A stretch of DNA of 64,000 nucleotides from the human T2T-CHM13v2.0 reference genome, Homo sapiens (GCF_009914755.1 NC_060928.1), one strand, 5' to 3'. Positions 33,510 to 50,365 are shown, counted from the stretch's first letter. Numbers and translations are program-made. Notes: generated from the sequence alone by a model not told the origin.

Positions 33510-34399
33510 TCCATTGCATACTTCACCGTAGCGAAACATGTATGTCTTACCTTTCCTTTCCTGCCTGTAGCTGCTCTTTTACACTTAACAGCCACACTAA
33601 GCCAGCCTTAAATGAAAAACAAACCAGCACTTCCTGTGCCCTCCTGCTTCCTTCATGAGGGGTCCCTCCCTCTGTGTACACTCCATTCTCATTGCCCATG
33701 GTGGTTTGTTTCCCTCTTGTTTCTCAAGCCATGGCAGCCTGCCTCTTGCCCTCTTTACTAAAAAGGCCTTTGCAGAGGCTGCCTGTGTTCTTTCTTTCTA
33801 GGTCTCTCTCATCCTAGGCCCTCCAGCTTGATTCTGTGGAGCTGCCCTCTTGTCACTCAGTAGCTTGTGGGGTCTTCTCTGTCTAGCCACTTAATTGATT
33901 GTGTTCCTCGAGTTGCTGTCCATGGTCTCTCGTTACTGTTTTCTCTGTGTTTCTGCCTCTCTCCTTGGCCTTGGTAGGTCCATCCCCTTTGTGACCTTGG
34001 CTGTTGCTCTCATGGACAACTTTCTCTTGCTGGTCCTTGTAGTCCTGGCATCCAGCTTCTCGACACGGGACTTGTCCTGCCAGTACCTCAGACTTGCACT
34101 TAAAATTGAACTAGCACCACTGTCACTCTCCAGGGCCTCTTCTTGTTAATTAGATCATTAGGGATGTTCAGAATCCCAGCATCATAGTATGTTCCTCCTC
34201 CCGCTACCCCAGGAACCCTAACCTTACCTCCTCCTCTCTATCTACTAGGAGGTGGCCCTCAGAGTCCGTCTCATCTTCCACCTGAACTTCCCTAATAGGC
34301 TCCAGCAGCTGCCACCCCGGGGGCTGAGTACTTCCTCCATGCCTTGTGCAGTGCTGAGCCCTTTACCTGGGTTCTCCTGTTTGCTCCTTATTACAGCCC

Positions 34400-34550
34400 T
34401 GCGAACAGATACTGCTCTTAATTCCATCTTACACCTAAGGAAGCTGAGGCCCCAGGTAAGGTGCATCCAAGGTCACCCAGGTAGTAGACAGTAGAGCCAC
34501 GATCTGAACCAGGCAGTCTGATTCAGAGCCTGTGTTGACACTCAGCCACC
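34400..34550 (-). mobile_element. MIR
   Basis: ggaagctgaggc...ccaaggtcacccag...gaaccaggcagtctgattcagagcc. Confidence 0.75.
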
Positions 34551-34864
34551 TAGAACACAGCTTGGATTGTGGGTTTCTATTACCTGTTCAAAACCCCTAC
34601 ATCCCGGGTCTGTCCCTGCACGTGCTCTGTGGCCTGGCTGCATCTTCCTTGAAGGCAGTGCATGCCTCTTCACTCAGGGGGCCCATGCAGGAACAGAGGG
34701 CCCCACAGAAGGATGAGGCCAGTGCAGAATGGGCTGGAGGGGACAATGCTGACCAGGAAGCAAGTGTAGAGAAATCCCAGGAAACCTGGAGGAGCCAGAG
34801 ACAAGGCATTAGAACTCCTCGTCGTGACCTGGTCTGCATTCTCTGAGTGTGCTGCTTCTGTTAG

Positions 34865-35287
<423 letters not shown>

Positions 35288-36016
35288 TAAATCAGAAATA
35301 AAATTTTGATCCCAACAGTGATGCCAGGCAGCCCAGATCTGGGGGAGAGGGTGGCCTTGGCCAGCTGGGCCTTTCTCTGTTTCCCAAGTCTTGCTGCCTC
35401 TCCCTGCTGGGCTTTGCAGCCTGTGCATGTCTCTGTGCCTTTGACCTTGTTTATCCAAAGGAGAGGATAGAATGAAGTCATGATTCCTGGAGCCCTGAGA
35501 AGGATGCTGTGGAGAAATTTGCCGGTAGAATCTAGCTGAGTGTGTTGCTGAGGTGCCAGCATTGTGTGTGGGGAGGCTGACCGCTTGGCCTGCCTAGGCC
35601 CAGGATGCTCCATGGCCGGGCACAGAGGCCACTTGGCTGTCAGGTGTCAGGAGCCTGCAGAGGGCACACAGAGCCTGGACCGCAGGGGGGTCCTGCTTTC
35701 TCACCTGGCCTCCTTCAGCATTTCTGTCCCTCAGTCCTTAGCAAGCCCAGGAGCTGTTGAGTTTGGCAGGTGCCGAGTGCTGTTCCTGCCTGTGTAGCTG
35801 TGGCTCAGTCCTGTGGGGGCCCCGCTGTGGCCCGAGTGCAGTGATTCGAGGCGCTGAGTGTTCCCTGACTCCTTCTCCAGGAGCTGTGTTCAGACTTTCG
35901 CAGCTCTTGGCTTGGAGCTCCTGGAGGGCTTGGCATTGCCGACCAATGTGGAGGTCGACAGTGAGAGAGGAGGAATGCTAGCTTTCTTGACCAGTCCATT
36001 AAATAAGTGGGATATT

Positions 36017-36312
<296 letters not shown>

Positions 36313-36453
36313 GTAGGATATCTGTTTCTGCTTAGAAAAATCAGAATTTTCTAAATGCCAGGTGTTCTGAATACGTAAGTATGGGAGACGACTCAGCCTG
36401 TTTCATTTTTATGTAAAATCTTCGCGTAGCCATGTGGCACTGGACCGAGATGA

Positions 36454-36696
<243 letters not shown>

Positions 36697-37860
36697 TAGG
36701 TTCATAATGCCCCACAGCCCAGGGCGCCAGCCCAGCACCCTGTCCTGAGACTCCCAGTAACCTGAGCTTTGGCCACCGTTAAAGCATTTTCATTTTCCAT
36801 TTTTTGTGAGGGCTTGTGAAATTTCTGCTGCATATTAATATTCCTTTCATGGACAGCATATTATTGGGACAAACATGCGGTCCAGCTAAAGGCATTCAAA
36901 ATAGCAGTTGCTTTCTAAATGCGATTTTCTTTGGCAGGTTCTTTGACACCATTGCATCTTGTGGGATATGCTTGTCATGCTCTGTGGCTCCTACTAAGTT
37001 CTAGTCCTTAAATTGGTTCCATAGCCAGACATGTTGCAATGTCTTAACCTCATTATAAAGTAAATGTGGTTCTGGTTATCCTTAGATAATGAAGTAACAG
37101 TGTAGCAAATTTCAAAACCTCTTGGAAATGTTATTTTACCATTCAAAAAGGCTTACTAAGGTTCTCGTTATGGGTGGCCCTCTTTTTGCAAAAGGTTTTC
37201 AGGCTTAAGCTCCATTTCTAGGTGCTCCAACACTCCATTATTTGTATATGTATGGAAATAAAAGCTGTGACCACCCCCAACCCTGGCCCCCGCCCAGCTG
37301 AATCCTCAGCACAGTATTTCTGGAAGGCTCAAGATCCCACGCTGGGGAAAAGAAGTTCTGGAGACAAAAGAGGGCAGGTGCTGCCGTGCCTCTCTGCTCA
37401 GTATGGATACTGGACCTTGTGCTGCCAGGGCTCCCAGTAGGGCCAGTTCATGGCACTCAGCTGGAAAGTCCACTGTTGGGAGGCATTCTTAACCATCCAC
37501 TCTGTGCCGTATGTAGTGGGGTCTGGTCATTCTGTTGGAGGAGACAGACCAGTGACGACATTTGAAATGCTTGGTGGATGTCTTAGGCCTGTTACGATGA
37601 CTGAGCACTGTGGGGGCAGGAGACAGAAAGTCAGTGTCTCCTAGTTCTGTGCTGCTTTAACGTGCATAGAAATCAGCTGCGGATTCAGCAGATCACTCCT
37701 TTTCTGACAGATGGGCCTGCTTACTCTGATGTTATATCAGAAAGCTCTGAATCTGGGAATTGTGTCCCCTGAATTGGAGTAACAGAAATGCTTAGATGAT
37801 GAGTGTTTAAAAGAAATAAACCAAAGGTAAATTTAGTTTGGAATTCAGCAAGCGTCTTCA

Positions 37861-38317
<457 letters not shown>

Positions 38318-39259
38318 TCAATGGATTTTTAACCTAATAATTAAATTTCAAAAAATATCGTTCTTTAATGGTAATGTAAAGGTAAAATTAAGATAATATG
38401 TAACAAGCATGTGAGTGTCTAAGGTGTCCCCGTGGTGGAAGGAAAAAATAAATCCCCATAAGTGTCCAAGATGCCCATAGAGAGCAGAGCTGTTCTGGTT
38501 TAAACCCCTGCTCTTAGCACTGTGTTTTTCCAGCTGTGGGTGGTGGGGGATGAGTATCTTTTTATTTCCATGAGATGAGAAAAATGAATTACTAGAAGTG
38601 TGAAATACAAAACACAGCTGCTCTTTTTTTAGCCATAGACTCAGCAGCCATAAAATTGCTGTATCCAGTTGCAGAAATTCCTGCTGCTTACTCTTGACCC
38701 TCTCTCGGTTTGTGTGCATCTCCTCTCAGGCTGGCTCCCAGATGGGAGCTGGCTCCAGGCGACACTGGGTGCTCTGCTCCAGGAGGTCCTTATGTGGGTC
38801 CTGCCCTAGCCTAGCCCCTCTCTTATGGACTCTGTCACTGTGGGTTTATGATTCACTCTCAATCTGTCTTACCTCTTGGTGAACTGTTAGAGTCCTGCCT
38901 ATACTTTGGCGCTTGTGGGTGTGTTGTGGTACACATGATGTGTTGGTCACTTCCCAGCTCATCTTGTTCTGAGTCACCCTAGATTTGGGACATTCATTCG
39001 CCACCAGTACCGGGCGGTGTATGGCCTGAGATTTGGGGGGGCTTGTGCTGCTACAAATTGGGGCTGAATTTGAGTTGACAGTGGACCTTCTTTATGTCTA
39101 CTGCTCATATTTGAATTGCAAATACTGCCTCTTCTCTTTCAGAGGCTCATTACCCTATAGCTGTATTATTGCAAAGTGCACAATTACAGCTTGAGTGTAA
39201 GTCACACTGCGCTGGCAGGACGGCCCACTGAGAAAGGGCACGTTTCCTGTTCGTTAGTT

Positions 39260-39960
39260 TTCACATTGACACATAATTTACAATACAGTAAAATGTACTT
39301 TTCTATCAACTGTAGTCAGTAACAGCCCCCCTCCCCCAACCACATCAAGATATAGAGGAGTGCTGTCACTTCAAACAGTTCCCTCTTCCTCTGCCACATC
39401 CTGCCCCTCCCCAGGTCTAACCACCAATCCGTGCTCTGTCCCTCTGTTCAGCCCATTGCAGAAGGCCATAGAAATAGAATCTATAGGCTAGGTGTGGTGG
39501 CTCATGCCTGTAATCCCAGTATTTTGAGAGGCTGAAGTGGGAGGATGACTTGAGGCTGGGAGTTCAAGACTAGCCTGGGCTGCCTAGCAAGACCCCATCT
39601 CCAGAAAAAAAAAATTTAAAAATTACAATCACGTCCCTGTAGTTCAGCTGCTTGGGAGGCTGAGGCAGGAGGATCACTTGAGCTCAGGAGTTAGAGGTTA
39701 CAGTGAGCTATGATCGTGCCACTGTGCTCCAGCCTAGGTGACACAGCAAGACGTTGTCTCTGGGGAAAAAAGAAAGAAACGGAACCACGCGGTGTGCAGC
39801 CTTCTGAGTCTGGCCCCTTTCGGTGAGCAGTGTCTAAAGTTCTGTCGCGTGTTGCCCACGCGTCGGTGGCTCGCTCCTTGCAACTGCTGAGCATTGTATG
39901 GCTAGGCTGTAGTTTGTTTTCACTTCACCAGTTGGGAAACAGAGAAAAGGCACTTTTTAA
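39260..39960 (-). mobile_element. Old L1M 3' fragment interrupted by a sense AluJ (39486-39778)
   Basis: Antisense L1M-like sequence (ataatttacaatacagtaaaatg...gaaatagaatc) resumes after the Alu (ggaacc...gagtctggc...cattgtatgg). Confidence 0.7.
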
Positions 39961-40652
39961 AAAGTTTAAATCTGTAGAATTTTGGTTTTTACCAGTTCTC
40001 TTCTAAATCCTGAGGGATTACAGGAAAAGTTGTTGTATTTCAGAATATTCTTAGCTTGATGTGACCTCTGTCCCCGTTAAGGCCCTTTGCCGCAATGGGA
40101 AGGACGTCGCTCGGTCAGACCCTGAAGGTCAGAGGGGCAGTTTGGGAGTGTGTCAACATTTTAACTGTATGGACTAGAGCCAAGAGTCTCAAGGTTTATA
40201 ATTCCCACGTATTCAAAAAGAAAAAAACAATAAAGTGAGAAGTCAGTGTAGAGTGAAATAACCTGTGTTAGTGGGGAAGAAGTGTTTTTAAACAGGATTT
40301 CCATAACGTATAACATCAACATGTTTAGAGTGGTGATGTTTCATTGGGAAACGAACAGTAAAACATGAAAGCAGGGAGGTTTTCATTCTGGCAGTTGGCA
40401 ACTTTCACGGCAGATGGAGAATTTCAAAAGCAATTGCTCAATTATCAAACATAGCCAGTGTGAGTTCTGAAATAAAGGTGCTGATTGAATGTGCAGCTTT
40501 ATGGTGGATTTTGCTATTCAGGCAAGCATTTTAATTTTCTGCCTGTTAAATTCTGTTTTCTTTAGTTTTTCATATGTGGTTTATTGTAGCTTAGGAATAG
40601 ATAACTGAGAGTATATATTACACATACAACATTCTGATATGGCAATATTTAA

Positions 40653-40922
<270 letters not shown>

Positions 40923-41302
40923 TAAACGGGGTTGAGGGAGGTGGGGACCAGGAGAACATCCTGTGTAGATGACACTTGCATGGACCCTCTGGAACCCAGA
41001 CCGCCCGGTGTCCTGCCAAGCTCCATCGAAACTAAATCTAGAATGAATGTTTACTTCTGCTGTGACATATAATTGGAGACCAGGCCTGGCCTTCCAGTCA
41101 CTGGATTCTAAGTTGGACTGTGAGAGTTTTTGCAGCTGACTCATTTATCAAATGCCCGGCTATTGGCTCACGCCTACATGATGCTGGGTATGTTTGTTAA
41201 TTTGAGGGAAGCAATGGAATAATAATAACTAATGATTTAAAAAACAAAGTAAGTGCATTGACTGTAGTGGGGTTCTGATTTTAAATTTTTTTAAAAATTA
41301 AT

Positions 41303-41742
41303 ACCAGGAGCAGTGGCTTATGCCTAAATTCCAGCAACTCGAGAGGCTGAGGTAGGAAGATCACTTGAGCCCAGGAGTTTGAGACAAGCCTGGGCTATGG
41401 TGTGAGACACCCATCTCTAAAAAAATAAAAAATAAAAAATTATCCAAGTGTGGTGGCTCGTGCCTGTAATCACAGCTCTTTGAGAAGCTGAGGGCGGAGG
41501 ATGGCTTGAGCCTGGGAGTTCGAGACCAGCCTGGCAACACAGAGAAACCCTGCCTCTACCAAAAAAAGAAAGAGAGGAAGAAAGAAAAATTAGCCTGGCG
41601 TGGTGGTGCATGCCTGTGGTCCCAGCCACCTGAGAGACTGAGAAGGGAGGATTGCTTGAGCCCAGAAGTTTGAGGCTGCAGTGAGCTGTGACTGTGTCAC
41701 TGCACTCCGGCCTGGGTGACAAGGCGAGACCCCTGCTCTAAA
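41303..41742 (+). mobile_element. Compound Alu: extra left-arm monomer followed by a full AluJ
   Basis: Two successive left arms, each ending in an A-rich linker, then one right arm. Confidence 0.8.
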
Positions 41743-42314
41743 ATAATTTTTTTAAGTTAATTTGTAGAAAAGGTGTTAGATGTTCTTTGTCACATTTTAT
41801 GATGGATTCCTGTTTAAATGCCGTTCTCTTTAAAGAAAAAAAAATAACTTGTGGGAGTTTTTAACCATAAAACTAGCATCACATATTTACCATGGAGAAT
41901 TTACAAAAAAACAAATAAACGGAGGAAAATAAAACCTCCTGTAATCATACTACTCAGAGATAACTTGCTGTTAGATTTTGGTCTAGATTTAATACTTTTT
42001 CTATATTTATATTAAAAATATTTAAAACATATGCATTTCTTTGTCACAAACATGGTATCTTATAGATACTACTGTCACATAGCAAAACAGTGTTAAATAT
42101 TCTGAATCAGAAAAGGAAGCCGACTCTCCAACTGAAAGAGGTGTTATCCTAGAGACTTTTTCTGGTGATGACAATTTATTAATAGTCACTTTTTGCTTTA
42201 CTTTCTCTATTGAAGTAGTTTTTCTATTTTGTTCTACTTTTAAGGATAATATAATTTATAATGCTGTTTTTCACAGAAATATAAGAAAAAAGATACTAAT
42301 TTTATAAGTTAATA

Positions 42315-42546
42315 AAGTTTGATCATCCCAAATCCAAAAATCTGAAATCCAAAATGCTCCAAATTCTGAAGCTTTTTGAGTGCTGACATTATGTTCAAAG
42401 GAAATGTTCATTGGAAGGTTTCAGATTTTCGGATTTAGGGAGCTCAACAAATAAGTATAATGCACATATTTCAAAACCTGAAAAAAATCCTAAATTCAGA
42501 ATACTTCTGATCTCAAACATTTCAGATAAGGGTTATTCAACCTGTA
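42315..42546 (+). mobile_element. Tigger4a/MER46A MITE (TcMar-Tigger)
   Basis: atcccaaatccaaaaatctgaaatccaaaatgctccaaa...ttcagataagggttattcaacctg followed by TA; internal inverted repeats. Confidence 0.85.
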
Positions 42547-43251
42547 CTGTCAGATGATCCCAAATGAAAAATATTAATCGTTAACCAAATATCAAGGAAT
42601 TGATCACATTTTACAGTTTCTGCCTAGGATTATGAATCAAGATGAAAAGGCTCTGCATGTTTAAAAATATATATTTTTATTTTCTTATAAATCTTAAATA
42701 TCTACACTTAAGATTTATTTGATATGTGGGATCCATTCATATTTTGGATTCAACAGTTCTGTCAAAACTGTGGCAGTGATAGGGGATTCTTTTTTTCCCA
42801 CTGAACTATCACAAAATTGGAAAAAGAGTAATTGGAGAACCCCACTGGCTTAGCCGGCCCGAAGCCCGGGAGAGGGCAGGCAGTGCTGTGGATGGGGTCA
42901 TCCCAGCGCAACGCTGCCCCTGCTACCTGCGGATCTCGCTGAGGCCTGCCTTTGTCCTTTGACCCTTGGCCATTTGTTAGTGTCTCTGAGAGCTGGACTG
43001 CTGTACCCTACTTCCCCAGGGGGCCTAACTTCACACAGCCTCTGCCGCAGTGCGTGGTTGGAGGTGACGGCCTTGGTAAATCGAGTTTCCTACCTCCTCA
43101 ATTATTTGTGCTCATACACTGTATATTTTTAGTGAGGTTTATATTTGGGATGTGTTTTCTCCTTCTTACCCTTTCTGGCCTTTCTATGGCATTAATACCT
43201 GGTCTCTTCTTGTGTACTTGAAAATGAATCTCTCATCATATTTTTCCTTAG

Positions 43252-43479
<228 letters not shown>

Positions 43480-43562
43480 TAAAAATGGAGTATTGAAATT
43501 TTTAACTTTAATTTCTGATTTGCAAAATAGTCATCTTTTGTTCTTTTCCTTCTTGCTGTTAG

Positions 43563-43898
<336 letters not shown>

Positions 43899-44036
43899 TG
43901 ACTGTTTCTTGTATTTTTTTCTAGTCTGCCCTTACTAGGATGAACTGTACACATCAGTTCATCCTTTTTAAATGAGCATGAGGTTATTTTGGGTTGTTAG
44001 GTGTTACAAACACACTAATGTGTTTTTGTCTATTAG

Positions 44037-44113
44037 AGCAGCATGGCCCAGTTGCCAATGGAAGAACTCAACAGAATCCAGGAATACCTTCAGAGCAGCG
44101 GGCTCGCTCAGAG
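44037..44113 (+). CDS. HTT: Huntingtin exon 45 (77 nt)
   Basis: attag|AGC...AG|gtaatg; SSMAQLPMEELNRIQEYLQSSGLAQR. Confidence 0.97.
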
Positions 44114-44810
44114 GTAATGCTGGAAACACAGGTCGTCCTTGTGTTAGGACAACCCAGGATATAAAGGATATAGATTTGTACGGGAATAAATTCACAGGAC
44201 AAGAAATCGATGTGCCTTATAGGTGGGTTTACTGCAGAAGTGCCATAATAGAACCTTCCTACTTTTAAAACAACCAGATCTCACTTTCTAAAGAGTAAAG
44301 GATGACCGGCAGGATCACGTCTGTGACGTGAGTGGAGGCAGTTTGCACTCCTGGTGGCTGTTTGAGAGGTAGCATTTAGAATGCCTGTATTCACTGTCCT
44401 GTGATGAGTGGGAAAATAGGTTATCAGGTTTATCTTAGCAAAATCAAAGCATGTCATCTAATTGCTAAACAAGAGTTGGCAAATCTGAGAGACATTACTC
44501 AATCCTTGGCATGCAGGACTTACATCTGCATCCTGTTGCCATTTTATGTCTTCAAAGCATTTAATCATTTAGTTGTGTTTGCAAAGTCTTTGAGAAGCCT
44601 TTGTCAGAAATCCCTACATCTCCTATGTGAGTGTATTTCCATGACTGCAGAATAAGTTAAACTTTTACCTTTTTCCTTCCCTTGCGGGGCGGGGTGGGGG
44701 GCAGGGATTGTGTGTGTGAGAGGGAGAGAGAGACAGCAGAGAAGGAGAATATAATTATCATGCTGTGTACTTTGAGCTGAAACTGCAAAAAAGGAAAAAC
44801 ACACAAAAAT

Positions 44811-44875
44811 TATTATGCTTTTCAGTCTTTAGAGTACCTTGTCTATTATGCTTTTCAGTCTTTAGAGTACCTTGT
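44811..44875. repeat. Perfect 33-bp-period tandem duplication
   Basis: tattatgcttttcagtctttagagtaccttgt at 44811-44842 and 44844-44875. Confidence 0.95.
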
Positions 44876-45505
44876 TGATGGTGTTTTTAAATGGGATTGG
44901 GCACAATTAGGTGGACAGTTTGGGATGATTTTTCAGTCTGTAGGGCCAAGCTCTTTTGTAATTTGCATTATGAAGTTGTCACTCTCATAGCAGATGGCGG
45001 GAGATAAACTATTATTACTTTTTGACCCTAGACTTAGTCTTCAGTCCAGATGAGGGAGATTAAAAGATTATAAATATCTTGTGCCAGATGAGGTGATTTT
45101 ATTTTGAAATGACCATGAATTCCTATCAGTTGTCTTACTGGGATATTTGATAGTGGAATTTGTGCATTTGAGTCTTAGATGATCTGTTTTACATTTATTA
45201 AGAAAGCCTTTATTAGCTTTTATACTGTGTATTGCCTGTTGCAGTGTTTGAGTATAAATGAAATTTCTGGAAAATATTAATGGAGTACAAACTGTGATAC
45301 TTAAAAGTAAACTAGGGCCTGCATTTGTATCATGACCTGTTTGAGTATTGATGAGAAGATAGCTGTGAAGAAAAAGGTTTAAACAAGTGTATTTTCCTTT
45401 AAGAAGCCACTAATAGTGCATCTCCTTAGAGTGTATATTTCTAGAATCCTAGTGTGCAGAGTTTAGACTAAGACTAAAAAAAAAAAAAAACAAATTATAC
45501 TGTAA

Positions 45506-45706
<201 letters not shown>

Positions 45707-46089
45707 TGAGTGCCTCTGTCACCTGTGGCAGATACAGAGAGTGCAGAGGAGGTGCCGTGGACCCAAGGAGTTCTGGCGCTCGGCTCGGCTCAGTGAAGCT
45801 GTGGTTAGAGACGTGGGGGGCCATCAAGGTCTGAGGGAGCCAAGCAGTGCTGATGTGGGACCCTTTTGGTAGGAGTGTGGGGTGAGTAGTTAGTGGGTGA
45901 ATCAAGGAATAGTCGGCCGTGGCCTGCAGGCCCCTGACTGCACAGGCCTTCAAGCACATGTCAATGCCGTTAGCCTCCCTCCATCTCCTCATACCTTCTG
46001 GCCACCTGTGAGTTGCACTGCCACTGCCAGCCATTCTGGTATGTTGTCAGCACCTCCACTGCTCATACCTCATGGTTAGGGACCACCTG

Positions 46090-46122
46090 GAGCCTTGGTA
46101 GAGCCTTGGTAGAGCCTTGGTA
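46090..46122. repeat. 3 x 11-bp tandem repeat
   Basis: (gagccttggta)3. Confidence 0.93.
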
Positions 46123-46528
46123 CTCTACTTTCCTGGACAAAGTTCAGCTTATGAATATGAATTTAGATTTCAAAAACCAGCAGCCCAAGTATAAGAAAGC
46201 GAAGGTTCAGTCCTGCCTTCTTAGGCTCTATTCGCTAAGCACCTGCCCTGCCCTGGTTGCTGGGGAGAGATGAGTAAAGCAGACAACCCAGGAGAGGATG
46301 GCAAAGGGGCCGCTAACCCTTAGTGGTTTAGCTATATTTGGAAGGCCTATTGGAAGTTCACCAGGTGAAGGGGGAGGCTGTGAGGGTGCCCAGGCAGGTA
46401 ACAGAAGTCCAAAGGGGAAAACCTGTGGTGTGGTGAGCCGTATAGCCACAGCCTGCCGGCCGGCAGCCCTCTCAGCCTAGTGCGGTGTTCCCAAGCACTG
46501 GCCTAGGCCTGTAGCTCCAGGGATGTGA

Positions 46529-46855
<327 letters not shown>

Positions 46856-47660
46856 TGAATGGGGCCGGGAAGTGGGGAGGACTCCATTTCAGATGGGGTC
46901 GGGACATGGGGGTTATGCTGATCGAGACAGAAAAGCACATTGTTTCAGCCACATTAGAATCCACGGAGGTGTTGTTTTGAAATCCAGCTGGCCCCAAGGC
47001 TGGGTGTATGGTTTGGGATGAGAACTATCTGGCCTCCACTGGAGGAACAAACACAGGATGTTATCATCTAAGCTCCATGGCCAAGACAGAATGGAAGTCA
47101 AGGTTGCGTATTTGCCGTAGACTTCAACACAGTGTCGTAATGCGTGACGTCAATAACTTGTTTCTAGTGTCTTGGAAGTTGATCTTTAGTCGTAAAAGAG
47201 ACCCTTGGATGCAGCGAGATTTCCTCTACTCACACCTCTGTTAGATGTAGTGAGGTTCTTCACCCCCCAACCCCAGATGTCAGAGGGCACCCTGCGCAGA
47301 GCTAGGAGGCCATGCAAAGCCTTGGTGTCCCTGTCCCTCACCCGTGGGCAGGTCCTGTGAGCAGTGGGGGGGCCACCTCTTGGGTATGGTGCAGCCATGG
47401 CCCAAGCAGGGCTTCTTCTCAGACCTACTAGGACGGGAGAAACCTCCTGGTGCTTTAGCCCTGCGTTGATATGCAGCAAATGGGAGGGAAGTGGGCACCT
47501 GGGAGGACAAATGCCTGTAGAGGCCGGGAGTGACGGCAGGTGTTCATGAAAAGAGACCTTGTGGGGAGGGCAACACAACAGTGTGTTCTGACGTACTGAA
47601 GAGCTCAACTGAAAACAACAGGAGAATTAGCCCAAAATCCATTTACTAAAATTGTTTATC

Positions 47661-48020
<360 letters not shown>

Positions 48021-48678
48021 TAGTGATCTGTTTATTAGGTTTTCCAAATTTGCTAATTGGGCTTTGAACAGCTGTAAAAGTTCTGACTGTAAAAGAAAGC
48101 TTCAACTTTTGGCATTCATGATGCTTTTCTGAGTATTAAACTAAGATAGATGTTTTACCTGAAGGATCGGCCACCAATCTTTAAATGGCTAAACAAAAGG
48201 GTTGCTAAAACATAATCCAAATTGACATAAGAAATACCATTTTTCCAACCAAAATTTTGGCATTCATATGGCTACTTTTACGTATTTCAGCTGCATTTGA
48301 ACATCTTTTTCAAACTTTAGGGTGGTTGGTGTATCACTGAGGTCTTGGATGACACTTTAGCTTTGATTTTGTTTTTATGAATTAAAATTGTCATACCAAA
48401 ATTTTTATTTCAAGCAAATCCAAGAGCATAAAAAATTAAAATATTACTTAAAATACTAAGAGAGAACAGATATATATTTTACTAAGCATATGTTGAATGA
48501 AATTGTTCAAATATTTATAACAGGCATAGAGTAGAATTTTCTTAAAAATATTTTTGATGGTATACCAATTTGTATTTTCTCAGAAACATTTGCCTTATTC
48601 TTTTTTCTGTTGTGTTTTTCTTACCTGATTGAAAGCTCATAATCTGTTGTTATTGTTTGTTAACCTTTAATGCTCTGA

Positions 48679-48903
<225 letters not shown>

Positions 48904-49319
48904 TAAAATTAAAATTTATCTTATTTTTAAAAAGCATTCCAGGGCCAGTATAGTACTTTGCACCAAGTAAATGTACAATAAAGGCAGTGGATCTAATACA
49001 TTGAAAGCGTTTACAGAGGTAGCTAAAGAGCAGCACGGGTGTCCTCGGCTCAGAATTTCTTCCTGTGTGTTTGCCACTTTGCCATTCATTGACATGGTCA
49101 TGGACATAGGGCTCTAAGCCCTTGAGGAAGGCTGGGCCAGACCTCAGGGGAGATGCAGCCCCAAACCACGTGCAGTCCTGTGGACGGATGTGTAGATGTG
49201 CCACTGAGGAACAATGTCTTGAGCTTTCATCAGATTCTCAGAGAATTGCTTGACTGCCTTTCGAAGTTGATGCATCTGTGCTCACGTTTGCACCCACCCA
49301 CGAGGTCCTTCTGTTTCAG

Positions 49320-49465
49320 GGGATGCTGCACTGTATCAGTCCCTGCCCACTCTGGCCCGGGCCCTGGCACAGTACCTGGTGGTGGTCTCCAAACTGCCCA
49401 GTCATTTGCACCTTCCTCCTGAGAAAGAGAAGGACATTGTGAAATTCGTGGTGGCAACCCTTGAG
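49320..49465 (+). CDS. HTT: Huntingtin exon 49 (146 nt)
   Basis: ttcag|GG GAT...GAG|gtaaga; [10 protein letters not shown]...VATLE. Confidence 0.97.
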
Positions 49466-50169
49466 GTAAGAGGCAGCTCGGGAGCTCAGTGTTGCTGTGG
49501 GGAGGGGGCATGGGGCTGACACTGAAGAGGGTAAAGCAGTTTTATTTGAAAAGCAAGATCTCTGACCAGTCCAGTCACTTTTCCATCTCAGCCTGGCAGT
49601 AAGTCTTGTCACCGTCAAGTTATTGTAGCCATCCTTCACCCTCACCTCGCCACTCCTCATGGTGGCCTGTGAGGTCAGCCAGGTCCCCTTCTCATCTGCA
49701 CCTACCATGTTAGGTGGATCCTAATTTTAGAGACATGAAAAATAATCATCTGGAAGTACTTTATGTCTTAAGTTGGCCTGGACATGTCAGCCAAGGAATA
49801 CTTACTTGGTTTGTGTTAGTGCTTGTAATTCGCCCCCAGAATGTGTACACGTTCTGGATGCATTAAAGTCTGGCCTGTATCCTTAAAGGGCCATCGCTGT
49901 GCTGCCTGCCCTCAGCAAGGACACACTTTGCAGACCCACAGAGGCTCCGCCTCCACCTCACACCAAAGAAAGGGAGGAGTCCAAAGGGCATCAGTGCCAT
50001 TACTCACAAAATGATAAATACACCCTTATTCTGAACCACGTGGAGTCATATGGTTTGTGATCCCTGTCCTTCAGGTTTCAGCTTAGTGGGGAAGTGGGAA
50101 AGTCAGCGTGTGATCACAGCACAGGGTGATTGCTGCTGATTATATTATGTGCCTGCTGTATGCAGGATG

Positions 50170-50365
50170 AAATACTTTATATGCGTCATCTTATTTGACT
50201 CTCACAACCCCCTGTGAGATAGGCTCTGTTACTCCCATTTGACAGGTGAGGAAAGCAAGGCTTAGAGAATTTCAGTGACTTGCCCAGGTCCTCTGAGCTA
50301 GGAAGTAGCCATTCTGGCATTTGAACCCAAGGCCTGCTATCCCTAGAACCCACGCTCTCAAATTC
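50170..50365 (-). mobile_element. MIR
   Basis: ctcacaaccccctgtgagatagg...cccatttgacaggtgaggaaa...gtgacttgcccagg...ttgaacccaagg. Confidence 0.82.
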
